A stretch of DNA of 64,000 nt from an uncultured Alphaproteobacteria bacterium (GTDB lineage Bacteria; Pseudomonadota; Alphaproteobacteria; Sphingomonadales; Sphingomonadaceae): assembly GCA_963784395.1 (NCBI GenBank), contig CAWARI010000002.1:406043-470042 (forward strand). The letters are read 5' to 3'. A program made the position numbers and the translations under genes. The first letter of the stretch is position 1. Each line of letters opens with the position of its first letter. The notes beneath the pieces are model-generated. The model made no database searches. It worked only from the letters and a program-made list of their open reading frames with translations, and was not told the DNA's origin. Below, one piece after another: positions 1-13,813 of the stretch.

Positions 1-700
1 GCTGCGCCGTGAGATGACGGTGCGCTGATGCAATCCGCAGCAACAAGGCAAATTCGCGGTACACGTCGGCTGCATCGGCCTGCTCGACATGACGAGCGAA
101 CGCGGGAACGCGCCACTGCCCTTCGAACAGAGCACCCCAGATCGAAAAGGCATGCAACCCGAAATCTTCCTCCGCTGCGCCAGGCGCACTTGGGTGGATT
201 GCCTTCAGCGAAGGATTCCCCAGTCGCATCCCCAAGCCCGTTGCTGCGGCGGCTAACGGCCGCGGATCGAAGAGACGGGCATACGGCACCGGATCGAGTT
301 GCTCGAACATCCGGTTCACCGCGAACCTGCTGTCGCAGGCAAGGAGCCGATGGATTCGCGTCGTGCCAGATCGCATCTGCCCGACGATCACGACCGGCGC
401 CCCGAGCTGCCGTGTCTCTATTTCCGGGTGATCGGCAACAAGGCGGTCAGCACGGATTCTGGCCCGGACCAGCTTGACGAGCTGGACGTAGGCAGCGGTC
501 AATCCGAATGCGTTGAGGTCTGCTTCGTCGTGCAATGATCGGCAGAGAAGGTCGAGACGCTCCTGCCACGAACCATCCCTCGCTTCACCGCACTCACGCC
601 ACTGGGCCGAGGCGACGATTTGCTCGGGATGAAGGTTCGGCCTGGAAGCCCAGCCCTGTCGCCACGCCTGTTCAAGCAAGCGTGACACACGCGATAGCAT
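1..700 (-). CDS. Sulfotransferase family protein (partial, runs off the left edge; absent from ORF track)
   Basis: Manual minus-strand translation from ATG at 700: MLSRVSRLLEQAW...PVVIVGQMRSGTTRIHRLLACD. The GxxRSGTT PAPS-binding loop is present and the frame stays open to position 1. Confidence 0.8.
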   Translation of the reverse strand, partial: MLSRVSRLLEQAWRQGWASRPNLHPEQIVASAQWRECGEARDGSWQERLDLLCRSLHDEADLNAFGLTAAYVQLVKLVRARIRADRLVADHPEIETRQLGAPVVIVGQMRSGTTRIHRLLACDSRFAVNRMFEQLDPVPYARLFDPRPLAAAATGLGMRLGNPSLKAIHPSAPGAAEEDFGLHAFSIWGALFEGQWRVPAFARHVEQADAADVYREFALLLRIASAHRHLTAQ

Positions 701-799
701 TGGTGGAGAACGCGCATCCATCAGTGCAAAAGCTAGCCTAACCAAATCCCAATTGAAACCGGCACCCAGATTGTTAGGGTGGATCGGGGAGAATTTACG

Positions 800-2251
800 A
801 TGTTGCGTTACGTTCTAGTTTCGGTGGCGCTTGTTTCCGCGCCCGTTTCGGCCGCTTGGCACCGTGCTTCGAGCAGTCATTTCGTTATCTATGCGGACCA
901 AGAACCCGAAGCGCTCCGCGCATTCGCGCAGAAACTCGAGCGCTTCGACAAAGCGGTCCGTACGGCGCGCGGGATGAAGGATCCAACGCTCAGCAACGGC
1001 AACCGGCTGACGGTTTATGTCGTCGCCGACACGACAGCCGTGACGAGACTTCACCATGGGTCGGATTCGGCCGTTGCAGGGTTCTATCGTCCGCGTGCCG
1101 TCAATGCGCATGCGGTCGTCCCGCGCAAGGTCAGCAAGCAGGCCCAGATCACCCCCGACGTGGTCTTTTTTCACGAATATGCTCATCATCTGATGTTCCA
1201 AGACTTCACGACCCCGATGCCGTCCTGGCTGGTCGAGGGCTTCGCTGAATTCTACGCCATGGCCGACGTCAACGCCGATGGCTCAGTCGGTCTGGGCGGC
1301 GCGCCGGTGCATCGTGGCCGAACCTTGCGCCAGAAGGTTAATCCTCTCCCATTTACGCAGATGCTGGGCGGGGCGAGCGCAAGCACCGGGATGGAGCGCA
1401 GTTCCCTTTATGCCCGCGGCTGGCTGCTCACCCATTATCTGACCTTCTCGAAACAACGGAATGGGCAGCTCGAAGCCTATCTCAATGCGATGGCGCGCGG
1501 GATCGCGCCGGCGAAGGCCGCTCGGCAGGCATTCGGCAATATCGACCAACTCGAGGTCGAAACCGAAAAATATCTTCAGGCCGATAAATTTCCCTATTTG
1601 ACCCTGCCCGCTACCGCGCTTTCGATTAGCACGGTCGATGTCGTTCCGCTCGGCGCTGGGGGCGATGCCATCATGCCGCTACGGCTTCGCCTTGCCGCCG
1701 GGGCCGACGAGGACAAAGCCGAATTGGCCGAGAAAATCCGTGAGGTTGCCGGGCGCTACCGCGCCGACCCGCTAGCCGAGCTCACGCTCGCCGAGGCGGA
1801 ACTTGCCGCTGGTCGAAATGCGGCGGCGCGCATTACTGGCGAAAGAGCCTTGTCGCTCGATTCCCAGTCCGTGCCAGCCATGCTCGTTGTCGGACAGGCG
1901 ATCATGGCAGACGCACAGGCGAAGGTCGAAGGCGCGAACTTCGCGGAGGCACGCAGTTGGTTTAACCGCGCAAACCGCCTCGACCCCGAAAATCCGGCGC
2001 CGCTGCTGATGTTCTACAACAGCTTCGTCGCGGAAGGCGATCGGCCGACGCCCAATGCGATCGCGGCGATGCGTTACGCCGCCGCGCTCGCACCCCAGGA
2101 TCTTGGCCTTCGCCTTCTCGCGGCAAAGAGCCTGATCGCCGAGGGCAAGATCGCCGAAGCGCGCGCCGCACTCATTCCGATTGCTTATTATCCGCATGGC
2201 GGACGTCTCGCCGAAGAGGCGCGGCGATTGATGGAGCGAGGACGGAAGTGA
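800..2251 (+). CDS. Secreted gluzincin-type (DUF1570-like) metallopeptidase domain plus TPR-like C-terminus
   Basis: Signal peptide, HEYAH motif with downstream EGFAE third ligand, helical repeat C-terminus. Start placed at ATG 800 after GGGGAG. Confidence 0.75.
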   Translation: MLRYVLVSVALVSAPVSAAWHRASSSHFVIYADQEPEALRAFAQKLERFDKAVRTARGMKDPTLSNGNRLTVYVVADTTAVTRLHHGSDSAVAGFYRPRAVNAHAVVPRKVSKQAQITPDVVFFHEYAHHLMFQDFTTPMPSWLVEGFAEFYAMADVNADGSVGLGGAPVHRGRTLRQKVNPLPFTQMLGGASASTGMERSSLYARGWLLTHYLTFSKQRNGQLEAYLNAMARGIAPAKAARQAFGNIDQLEVETEKYLQADKFPYLTLPATALSISTVDVVPLGAGGDAIMPLRLRLAAGADEDKAELAEKIREVAGRYRADPLAELTLAEAELAAGRNAAARITGERALSLDSQSVPAMLVVGQAIMADAQAKVEGANFAEARSWFNRANRLDPENPAPLLMFYNSFVAEGDRPTPNAIAAMRYAAALAPQDLGLRLLAAKSLIAEGKIAEARAALIPIAYYPHGGRLAEEARRLMERGRK

Positions 2252-2356
2252 CATCCGCGCGCCGGAAGAGCATCAATTTGCATTTCGTTTCAGTGCCTTG
2301 CCATTCGCAGCAACTTCATTATCGATAGCAAGAAGAATTTCCAGAGGGGGGTAAAA

Positions 2357-3910
2357 ATGCGTTTCACTTATCTTTTTGGCGCGACTGCGCTTGCGCTGGC
2401 GTCGACTGCGCCAGCTTATGCCGAATGGTATCAGGCAACGTCCAAACACTTCGTGATCTATGGCGACATGCCGGAAGCCGAGATGAAGGATTACGCGGCC
2501 AAGCTCGAGAAATTCGATGCGGCTGCCCGTCTCATCCGCTCAATGAAGGACCCCACGGTCGGTGACGGCAATCGCGTTCAGGTTTTCGTGGTCGGCAGCA
2601 TGCTTGACGTCAATCGCCTCTATGGCGCTGCGGATGCCGGCATTGGCGGATATTACGTCGGGACGGTGACCGGACCGTATATCGTCACCCCGCAGAAGAT
2701 CCGTCGCCAGAATACGCGCACGGACAAGATCGATCCGGAAATCGTGTTCTTTCACGAATATACGCATCATCTCCAGTTGCAGAACACGCAGCGCCCGATG
2801 CCGGTATGGCTGACCGAGGGCTTCGCCGAATTCATGGGCAATCCCATCTTCGGCGACGATGGTTCGGTCGGCATCGGAGCGCCGGCGAAAGATCGCGCGG
2901 CCGCGCTCATCAAGGGGCGTTGGGCCCCGATGGCAGACTTGCTTGAAGGCAACACCTTCCGCCTGGGTTCGTCGGGTTTCTGGATCCAGAACTATGCGCA
3001 AGGCTGGCTGCTCAACCACTATCTCGCGTTCGAGCCCAGCCGAAAGGGCCAGATCGAGAAATATGTCGCCGGCATTGAGCGCGGCGATAATGCGCGCGAC
3101 GCTGCCGCGAATGCTTTTGGCGACCTTGGTGCGCTGGAAAACGAATTGCGGCAATATCTGAAGCGCAAGAGCCTGCCCTTCGTCAAAATCGATTCTACCA
3201 AGCTGAATGTGCCGCCAGTGACGGTAGTCGCCATGTCGCCCGGTGCGAGCGAAATGATGCCGTACCGGATCCACAGCAAGACGGGTTACGGATCGGTCAC
3301 GACAAATTACGTACTGGGCAAAGCGCGCGATATCGCCAAGCGCTACCCGACCGATCCGCTGGTGATGCGGACGCTCGCCGAAATCGAATTCGACAACAAG
3401 AATTACGACGAGACGATTGTTGCTGCGGAAGCCGTGCTCAAGGCCAACCCAAATTCGACCGAAGGCCTGATCTACAAGGGGCGCGGAATCCTGGCGAAGG
3501 CCAAGAAGTCCAATGATCCTGCCCTGTTTTCCCAGGCACGAACGCAATTCCTCGCCGCGAACAAGATCGATCCGGAAGATCCAGAGCCCTTGTTCCTCTA
3601 CTACCGTACGTATCGAGCGGCGAATGTTGCCGCACCGAAATCGGCGATCGAGGCACTGCATTACGCAAGCGTCCTGTCTCCGCGCGATTATAACCCGGCC
3701 GTCCAACTGGTGATGGAGCATTTGCGCCAGAACAACCTGAAGGCGGCTGGTGAAGCTCTCAAGCCGCTGGCTTACCTCCCGCATGCGGGACAGTCGCGCA
3801 ATAACGATGCGTTGAAGGTGCTGGAACTGATCGAAGCCGGCAATGGTAAGCAGGCACTCGCCATGGCGCAGGACAAGTTCCTACCCAAGAAGGACGAGAA
3901 CCCCAACTAA
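2357..3910 (+). CDS. Second secreted gluzincin (DUF1570-like) plus TPR protein, paralog of 800-2251
   Basis: Signal peptide, HEYTH...EGFAE, collinear similarity to the upstream gene, RBS GAGGGGG. Confidence 0.75.
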   Translation: MRFTYLFGATALALASTAPAYAEWYQATSKHFVIYGDMPEAEMKDYAAKLEKFDAAARLIRSMKDPTVGDGNRVQVFVVGSMLDVNRLYGAADAGIGGYYVGTVTGPYIVTPQKIRRQNTRTDKIDPEIVFFHEYTHHLQLQNTQRPMPVWLTEGFAEFMGNPIFGDDGSVGIGAPAKDRAAALIKGRWAPMADLLEGNTFRLGSSGFWIQNYAQGWLLNHYLAFEPSRKGQIEKYVAGIERGDNARDAAANAFGDLGALENELRQYLKRKSLPFVKIDSTKLNVPPVTVVAMSPGASEMMPYRIHSKTGYGSVTTNYVLGKARDIAKRYPTDPLVMRTLAEIEFDNKNYDETIVAAEAVLKANPNSTEGLIYKGRGILAKAKKSNDPALFSQARTQFLAANKIDPEDPEPLFLYYRTYRAANVAAPKSAIEALHYASVLSPRDYNPAVQLVMEHLRQNNLKAAGEALKPLAYLPHAGQSRNNDALKVLELIEAGNGKQALAMAQDKFLPKKDENPN

Positions 3911-4965
3911 AGGTCCAGGTTATCCTGTTCCTTCCAACTGGCACCCTCGGCCGCAAGCAATCGGCGTTTGCGGTCGAGGCCACCGGCATAGCCACCAAGG
4001 CTTCCATCGCTTCGGATGACTCGGTGGCACGGCACCAGCACCGCTACCGGATTTAATCCGTTCGCAGTGCCGACCGCCCGAACGGCACCGGGCTGGCCGA
4101 CGGCGGCGGCAATATCGGCATAGCTCCGGGTCTCGCCGAACGGGATCTTGCGAAGCTCTCTCCAGACTTTTTCCTGGAACGCAGTTCCCTGCACGTCGAG
4201 CGGGAGTTCGTGGTCGACAGGTGAGCCGATGACAGCCATCGCCTGCGCGACGAGCGGCGCGATCGTGCCATCGTCGGGCGCGATGTCGGCGTTGGGGAAA
4301 CGGCGTCGCAGTGCTTGTTCGTCACTGTCGAAGTTCAGCGCGCAGATGCCCTTTCCGGTCGCCGCTACCATCAATGGCCCAAGCGCGCTCTCCGCGATGA
4401 CGTAGCGGATCACCTCGCCGCGCCCGCCATCGCGCCATGCCGACGGCGTCATGCCCAGGCGGTCCTTGGCATCGGCATAGAAGCGGCTGGGCGCATTATA
4501 GCCCGCGTCATAAATTGCGTCGGTCACCCTCTTTTCTCCGGTCAACTGGTCGGCCGCCCGGCGCGCACGCACCGACCGGGCAAAAGCGGCAGGCGAAACC
4601 CCGATGTCGCGGGTGAAAAGGCGCTGGAAATGATGCGGCGCATAGCCGACCGCTTCGGCAAGCGCGACAAGCGATGGTGGGTCGTCCGCTTCCTCAATGA
4701 TTGCGACGGCTTTGGTCACCGCCGTCCGGTCGCGCCCGACCTCGTCAGGGCGACAGCGCAGGCAGGCACGAAAGCCCGCAGCGCGCGCCTTGGCCGGCGT
4801 CGCATAGAATACGACATTTTCGCGATTCGGGTGTCGCGCCGGACAACTGGGCTTGCAATAGATTCCGGTCGTCGTGACGGCACCGACGAAACGTCCGTCT
4901 TCGGCCCGATCGCGCCGTTCGAAGGCGGCCCAGGCCGCTTCGATGTCAAATGTTCGCATCAACAT
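3907..4965 (-). CDS. ada: Bifunctional transcriptional activator / O6-methylguanine-DNA methyltransferase Ada
   Basis: N-terminal GIYCKPSCPAR...FRACLRCRP Zn site, AraC-like HTH, C-terminal PCHRV active site. Start is 4965 or 4959. Confidence 0.92.
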   Translation of the reverse strand: MLMRTFDIEAAWAAFERRDRAEDGRFVGAVTTTGIYCKPSCPARHPNRENVVFYATPAKARAAGFRACLRCRPDEVGRDRTAVTKAVAIIEEADDPPSLVALAEAVGYAPHHFQRLFTRDIGVSPAAFARSVRARRAADQLTGEKRVTDAIYDAGYNAPSRFYADAKDRLGMTPSAWRDGGRGEVIRYVIAESALGPLMVAATGKGICALNFDSDEQALRRRFPNADIAPDDGTIAPLVAQAMAVIGSPVDHELPLDVQGTAFQEKVWRELRKIPFGETRSYADIAAAVGQPGAVRAVGTANGLNPVAVLVPCHRVIRSDGSLGGYAGGLDRKRRLLAAEGASWKEQDNLDL

Positions 4966-5003
4966 TGTCCTAACATAGAAGGTCGGCCTAGCCATCGCGT
5001 CCC

Positions 5004-5483
5004 ATGTCTTACGATCAAACGATGACGTTGCACGAAGGCGAACTGGGCCGCGACGACGTGCGCGCACTGATCGCGCTGCATTTTGCGGACATGCGGGCCA
5101 ATTCGCCGCCCGAAGCCTGTCATGTCTTGCCGATCGATGCCCTCGGCGGCCCCGATATCCGGATGCTGTCGTTGCGGGACGGCGCTGGCCTCTTGCTTGG
5201 CGTCGGCGCGCTCAAAATAAGCGACGAAGACCACGGCGAAATCAAATCGATGCGGACAGCTGCGTACGCACTCAGCCGGGGCATCGGTCGGCAAATGCTC
5301 GCACATTTGATCGCCTTGGCCCGCGATTCGGGACTGCGGCGGATCAGTCTGGAAACTGGCAACAGCAGCCTGTTCGATGCCGCCAACCGTCTCTATCTTT
5401 CGACTGGCTTCATCCGTTGCAGCCCTTTTGGCGGCTATGCCCAGACCCCCTTCACGCATTTCTACACGCTCGCGCTCTCATAA
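5004..5483 (+). CDS. GNAT family N-acetyltransferase
   Basis: GEIKSMRT...RGIGRQML acetyl-CoA motif, SLETG, ANRLY. Confidence 0.85.
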   Translation: MSYDQTMTLHEGELGRDDVRALIALHFADMRANSPPEACHVLPIDALGGPDIRMLSLRDGAGLLLGVGALKISDEDHGEIKSMRTAAYALSRGIGRQMLAHLIALARDSGLRRISLETGNSSLFDAANRLYLSTGFIRCSPFGGYAQTPFTHFYTLALS

Positions 5484-5944
5484 CGCTCGATCCGAGCCGC
5501 AAAGCAGCCGTAGGCGGCGTTGTGCGCGTCGACATAAGCGACCTGATCGTCGTCCAGCAGTTTCAGGAACTCCGCTTCCGCCGCACCCGCTGCTGCAAGC
5601 CGTGCAGCCTTGAGCATTCCGTCTTCGCCAAATCCGCGCAGGCTGAGCGGCCTGCCCTCGAAAACCGGCGGGAGGCAATTGACGAATTCCGCCGGACTCG
5701 TCGCATTTTCGCGCACGTAGACGGCATAAGCAGTGCGATAGGGCGTTGCGACGTCGTGACTGACGTAATGGGTCAGGATGAGACTCTCCCCATCGCGCGC
5801 GTCCTCGAGAGACACACGGCAGGGAAATCCCCGGTTGGATTCCGCTCGCACACGGATGGTGCGGAACCCGGCCAGTTGTTCGTCGGTCATCGCCAGCAGT
5901 GGGGCGAACTGCTCAGGGTCGAGGCCCCGGATTCGATAGGTCAT
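5462..5944 (-). CDS. DUF1203 family protein
   Basis: GFPCRVSLEDA, PYRTAYAVYV, VDAHNAAYGCFAARIER. Start placed at MTYRIRGL (5944). Confidence 0.75.
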   Translation of the reverse strand: MTYRIRGLDPEQFAPLLAMTDEQLAGFRTIRVRAESNRGFPCRVSLEDARDGESLILTHYVSHDVATPYRTAYAVYVRENATSPAEFVNCLPPVFEGRPLSLRGFGEDGMLKAARLAAAGAAEAEFLKLLDDDQVAYVDAHNAAYGCFAARIERYESASV

Positions 5945-6152
5945 CAAGAGCTCCTTCGTCGGTTCGAGCCACGCCCTACTCACCACTTTCCCCTCGCGCT
6001 TCCCGCCGCTTGCGGTCAAAGTTCGGACAGCTTCTTGCATCGCCGCGCTCCCCTTGCTAGGGGCGCGCCAACCCGTGAGGGGCGCGCGATTTTTTCGCTG
6101 CGCCCCGTTCAATGCATGGGACCAAAATTTCTCTGTCTGGAGCTATAGGCGC

Positions 6153-8239
<2,087 letters not shown>

Positions 8240-8264
8240 CCGGAACCTGAGGGAAAGTTAGGCG

Positions 8265-10687
<2,423 letters not shown>

Positions 10688-10693
10688 GCAGTC

Positions 10694-10882
10694 GTGGCGG
10701 GATCCCCTCTCCGCCTCGATGATTGCATTAACCGGGTTTGCCCTTGGTCGGGCGACCCGGTGCAGGCAGACAGCCTGTTCCTCTATCAGGGCAAGGTCGT
10801 CGGGTTCTGCAGCCCGGGCTGCCGGGACAAATTCGTGAAAGCGACCGCGGCATTCGACGTCGCAGCGCAAGGAAAGAAATAA
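10694..10882 (+). CDS. Small YHS/TRASH-like four-Cys protein inside the atp operon
   Basis: GTG start 6 nt after the atpD stop and stop 1 nt before atpC. Motifs C-x4-CPWSGDPV and GFCSPGCRDKF. Confidence 0.7.
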   Translation: MAGSPLRLDDCINRVCPWSGDPVQADSLFLYQGKVVGFCSPGCRDKFVKATAAFDVAAQGKK

Positions 10883-10883
10883 T

Positions 10884-11144
10884 ATGGCCGACCTTCATTT
10901 CGAGCTGGTGACACCGGAAAAGCTGGTACGCAGAGATGACGTCTACATGGTCGTCGTTCCCGGTGCCGAAGGCGATATCGGCGCAATGGCAGGCCACGCA
11001 CCGCTGATGACGACGCTGAAGGAATTGGCCGAGCTCCAGATTTTCAAAACGCAGGGCGCAGCGCCGGAGATTGTCCGGGTACGCGGCGGTTTCGCTGAAA
11101 TCGGCGACAACGGTCTCACTGTCCTAGCCGAGGCGATCGACTGA
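10884..11144 (+). CDS. atpC: F0F1 ATP synthase subunit epsilon, short form (N-terminal beta domain only)
   Basis: LHFELVTPEK, VPGAEGDIGAMAGHAPL, VRGGFAEI. Only 86 aa. Confidence 0.95.
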   Translation: MADLHFELVTPEKLVRRDDVYMVVVPGAEGDIGAMAGHAPLMTTLKELAELQIFKTQGAAPEIVRVRGGFAEIGDNGLTVLAEAID

Positions 11145-11176
11145 CGTTCGTCTGGCCCGATTTTTACGCGTTTGCG

Positions 11177-11209
11177 CTGCGGCAATCCTTCGATTGTCGC
11201 GGTTTTTTT
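11177..11209 (+). terminator. Intrinsic terminator of the atp operon
   Basis: CTGCGGCAATC-CTTC-GATTGTCGCGG hairpin (two G-U pairs) followed by T7. Confidence 0.8.
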
Positions 11210-11328
11210 ATAGCAGATGGCGATGATGGTAAAAATCGCAAAAATCTAATCGCGGTTAGGCTTTTCTAAAAGTTTGGCTCTTATTCACCATCCCATATTT
11301 CCACGAAGCGGAAGCATCGGGACGGGTT

Positions 11329-12846
11329 ATGAACGCATTCGGTAAGCGCAACGGTCAAGGTAGTCGCCCCCAGTTCGGGGTCGCACGTCCAATGAAGGGC
11401 GGGCAAGGCTCGGGAAGTGGTTCCGATGTCGAGGGTGGCGATCAGTTTCCGCCGATCGAAGAGGCGCTGGATGACGATTCCGGCGAGCCGTCGGCCCCTG
11501 CTGCCGTCCAGATGGGCGCGCTCGACCGCCTGAACCAGCGTCAGAACGGCAGCGGCGATGCTGCGTCGTCCAAGTCCGAGGGCTTTGAAGCTTCGGTCCA
11601 CAAGATCAAGGAACAGGTTCTCCCCCGCTTGCTTGAACGGGTCGATCCCGAGGCTGCGGCGACGCTTGGCAAGGACGAGTTGGCCGAGGAATTCCGGCCG
11701 ATCATCTCCGAAGTGCTGATGGAGTTGAAGATCAATCTCAACCGCCGCGAGCAATTCGCGCTGGAAAAGGTGCTGGTCGACGAACTGCTGGGCCTCGGTC
11801 CGCTCGAGGAGCTGCTTGCCGATCCGGCGATCAGCGACATCATGGTCAATGGTCCAGACCAGACCTTCATCGAACGCAAGGGCAAGCTGGAACTCGCGAA
11901 GATCCAGTTTCGCGATGAGGAACATCTGTTCCAGATCGCCCAGCGCATCGTCAACAAGGTCGGCCGCCGCGTCGACCAGACCACGCCGCTCGCCGACGCC
12001 CGTCTTCAGGACGGCAGCCGTGTCAACGTCATCATCCCGCCACTGTCACTGCGCGGCACTGCCATCTCGATTCGTAAGTTCTCCGAAAAGCCGATCACGC
12101 TCGACATGATGCGCGGTTTCGGATCGATGTCGGAAAAGATGGCGACGGTTCTCAAGATCGCCGGCGCCAGCCGCATGAACGTGGTCATTTCTGGCGGTAC
12201 CGGTTCGGGTAAAACGACCATGCTCAACGCGCTATCGAAAATGATCGACCCGGGCGAACGCGTGATCACCATCGAAGACGCCGCCGAGCTTCGCCTTCAG
12301 CAGCCGCATTGGTTGCCGCTGGAAACTCGTCCGCCGAACCTTGAAGGCCAGGGCGCGATCACCATTCGCGATCTCGTCATCAACGCGCTTCGTATGCGCC
12401 CGGATCGCATCATCCTGGGCGAAATTCGTGGTCAGGAGTGTTTCGATCTTCTGGCCGCGATGAACACGGGCCACGACGGATCGATGGCAACGCTCCACTC
12501 CAACAGCCCACGCGAATGCCTGGCGCGTATGGAGAACATGGTCATGATGGGCGACATCAAGATTCCAAAGGAGGCCATTTCTCGCCAGATTGCGGACTCG
12601 GTCGACCTGATCGTTCAGGTCAAGCGTCTCCGCGACGGTTCGCGCCGGACGACTAACATCACCGAAGTCATCGGAATGGAGGGCGAGGTCATCGTCACGC
12701 AGGAATTGTTCAAGTTCGAATATCTCGACGAAAGTGCCGACGGGAAGATCATCGGCGAGTATCGCTCGATGGGCCTTCGTCCATACACCCTCGACAAGGC
12801 CAAGCAGTTCGGCTTCGACCAGCCGTATCTGGAGGCCTGCCTGTAA
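11329..12846 (+). CDS. cpaF: Tad/Flp pilus assembly ATPase CpaF/TadA
   Basis: GGTGSGKTT Walker [37 protein letters not shown]. Confidence 0.95.
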   Translation: MNAFGKRNGQGSRPQFGVARPMKGGQGSGSGSDVEGGDQFPPIEEALDDDSGEPSAPAAVQMGALDRLNQRQNGSGDAASSKSEGFEASVHKIKEQVLPRLLERVDPEAAATLGKDELAEEFRPIISEVLMELKINLNRREQFALEKVLVDELLGLGPLEELLADPAISDIMVNGPDQTFIERKGKLELAKIQFRDEEHLFQIAQRIVNKVGRRVDQTTPLADARLQDGSRVNVIIPPLSLRGTAISIRKFSEKPITLDMMRGFGSMSEKMATVLKIAGASRMNVVISGGTGSGKTTMLNALSKMIDPGERVITIEDAAELRLQQPHWLPLETRPPNLEGQGAITIRDLVINALRMRPDRIILGEIRGQECFDLLAAMNTGHDGSMATLHSNSPRECLARMENMVMMGDIKIPKEAISRQIADSVDLIVQVKRLRDGSRRTTNITEVIGMEGEVIVTQELFKFEYLDESADGKIIGEYRSMGLRPYTLDKAKQFGFDQPYLEACL

Positions 12847-12930
12847 CATCTATTCGACCGGCGGCTGTTGCACGTCGCCGTCGCCAAAGCCTAGGATGCC
12901 CTCAGGTTTTCAAGGTTCAGGGGACATTCC

Positions 12931-13755
12931 ATGCGGATCAAGACAATTTTCGCCGCCACGCTGGCGACTGCTTCCATCGGGCTGGCCTCCTGTCAGACCG
13001 CGGGCGCAGCGCCGATGTCGAGTGCCGACTACATCGCCCTTCGCGCCGCGATCGACGGACCGGCACGCAAAGATCAAAATCGCGCACGCGACGCCTATCG
13101 CCACCCTTATGAAACTTTATCGTTCTTTGGTTTGAGGCCGACCGATACGGTGGTCGAAATCTGGCCGGGCGGCGGCTGGTATACTGAAATCTTGGCACCC
13201 TATCTGGCGCAAGGCGGCGGCACCTATTTTGCCGTTGCCGGCGATCGCGGCCTCAATGGCGTCCGCAGCTTGTCGAGCGCCAGTCCGATCGCCTTCGGCG
13301 CGATCCGTACGGCCAATTTCCCAGTCCTCACCGATGGGGGCACCCCCGTCCCGGCTGAAACCGCCGATGCGGTCCTGACCTTTCGCAATGTCCACAACTG
13401 GATGATGGGCGACAGGCCGTTCGCCGACGACGCATTCCGCCAGATGTATGCGATGCTCAAGCCCGGCGGCACGCTGGGTGTCGTCGAACATCGCCTGCCC
13501 GAAAGTCGTGCCGATGCCGATCAACTGAAATCCGGCTACGTCAAAGTATCTACCGTCCGTCGTCTCGCCGAACAGGCGGGCTTCCGCTTCGTCGGATCGA
13601 GCGAGATCAACGCCAACCCGCGCGACAAGGCCGATTACCCCGAAGGCGTATGGACTCTACCCCCGACGTACACGCTCAAAGACGCCGACCGGGCAAAATA
13701 TGCCGCGATCGGCGAAAGCGACCGGATGACCCTGCGCTTCGTCAAGCCGCGCTGA
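12931..13755 (+). CDS. Predicted lipoprotein class I SAM-dependent methyltransferase
   Basis: Lipobox LASC, VVEIWPGGGWYTEIL motif I, LTFRNVHNW, LKPGGTLGVVEHR. Confidence 0.8.
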   Translation: MRIKTIFAATLATASIGLASCQTAGAAPMSSADYIALRAAIDGPARKDQNRARDAYRHPYETLSFFGLRPTDTVVEIWPGGGWYTEILAPYLAQGGGTYFAVAGDRGLNGVRSLSSASPIAFGAIRTANFPVLTDGGTPVPAETADAVLTFRNVHNWMMGDRPFADDAFRQMYAMLKPGGTLGVVEHRLPESRADADQLKSGYVKVSTVRRLAEQAGFRFVGSSEINANPRDKADYPEGVWTLPPTYTLKDADRAKYAAIGESDRMTLRFVKPR

Positions 13756-13813
13756 GAAAGCGGCGCTTGCCGCCAGCCTCCTCTCGCGGGTAGGTCGTAA
13801 GGCGGGGTAGAGA

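Noticed and set aside
13756-13813. Possible attL duplication of the tRNA-Val 3' end
   Set aside because: I found no matching direct repeat by eye, so the operon is not called a mobile element.
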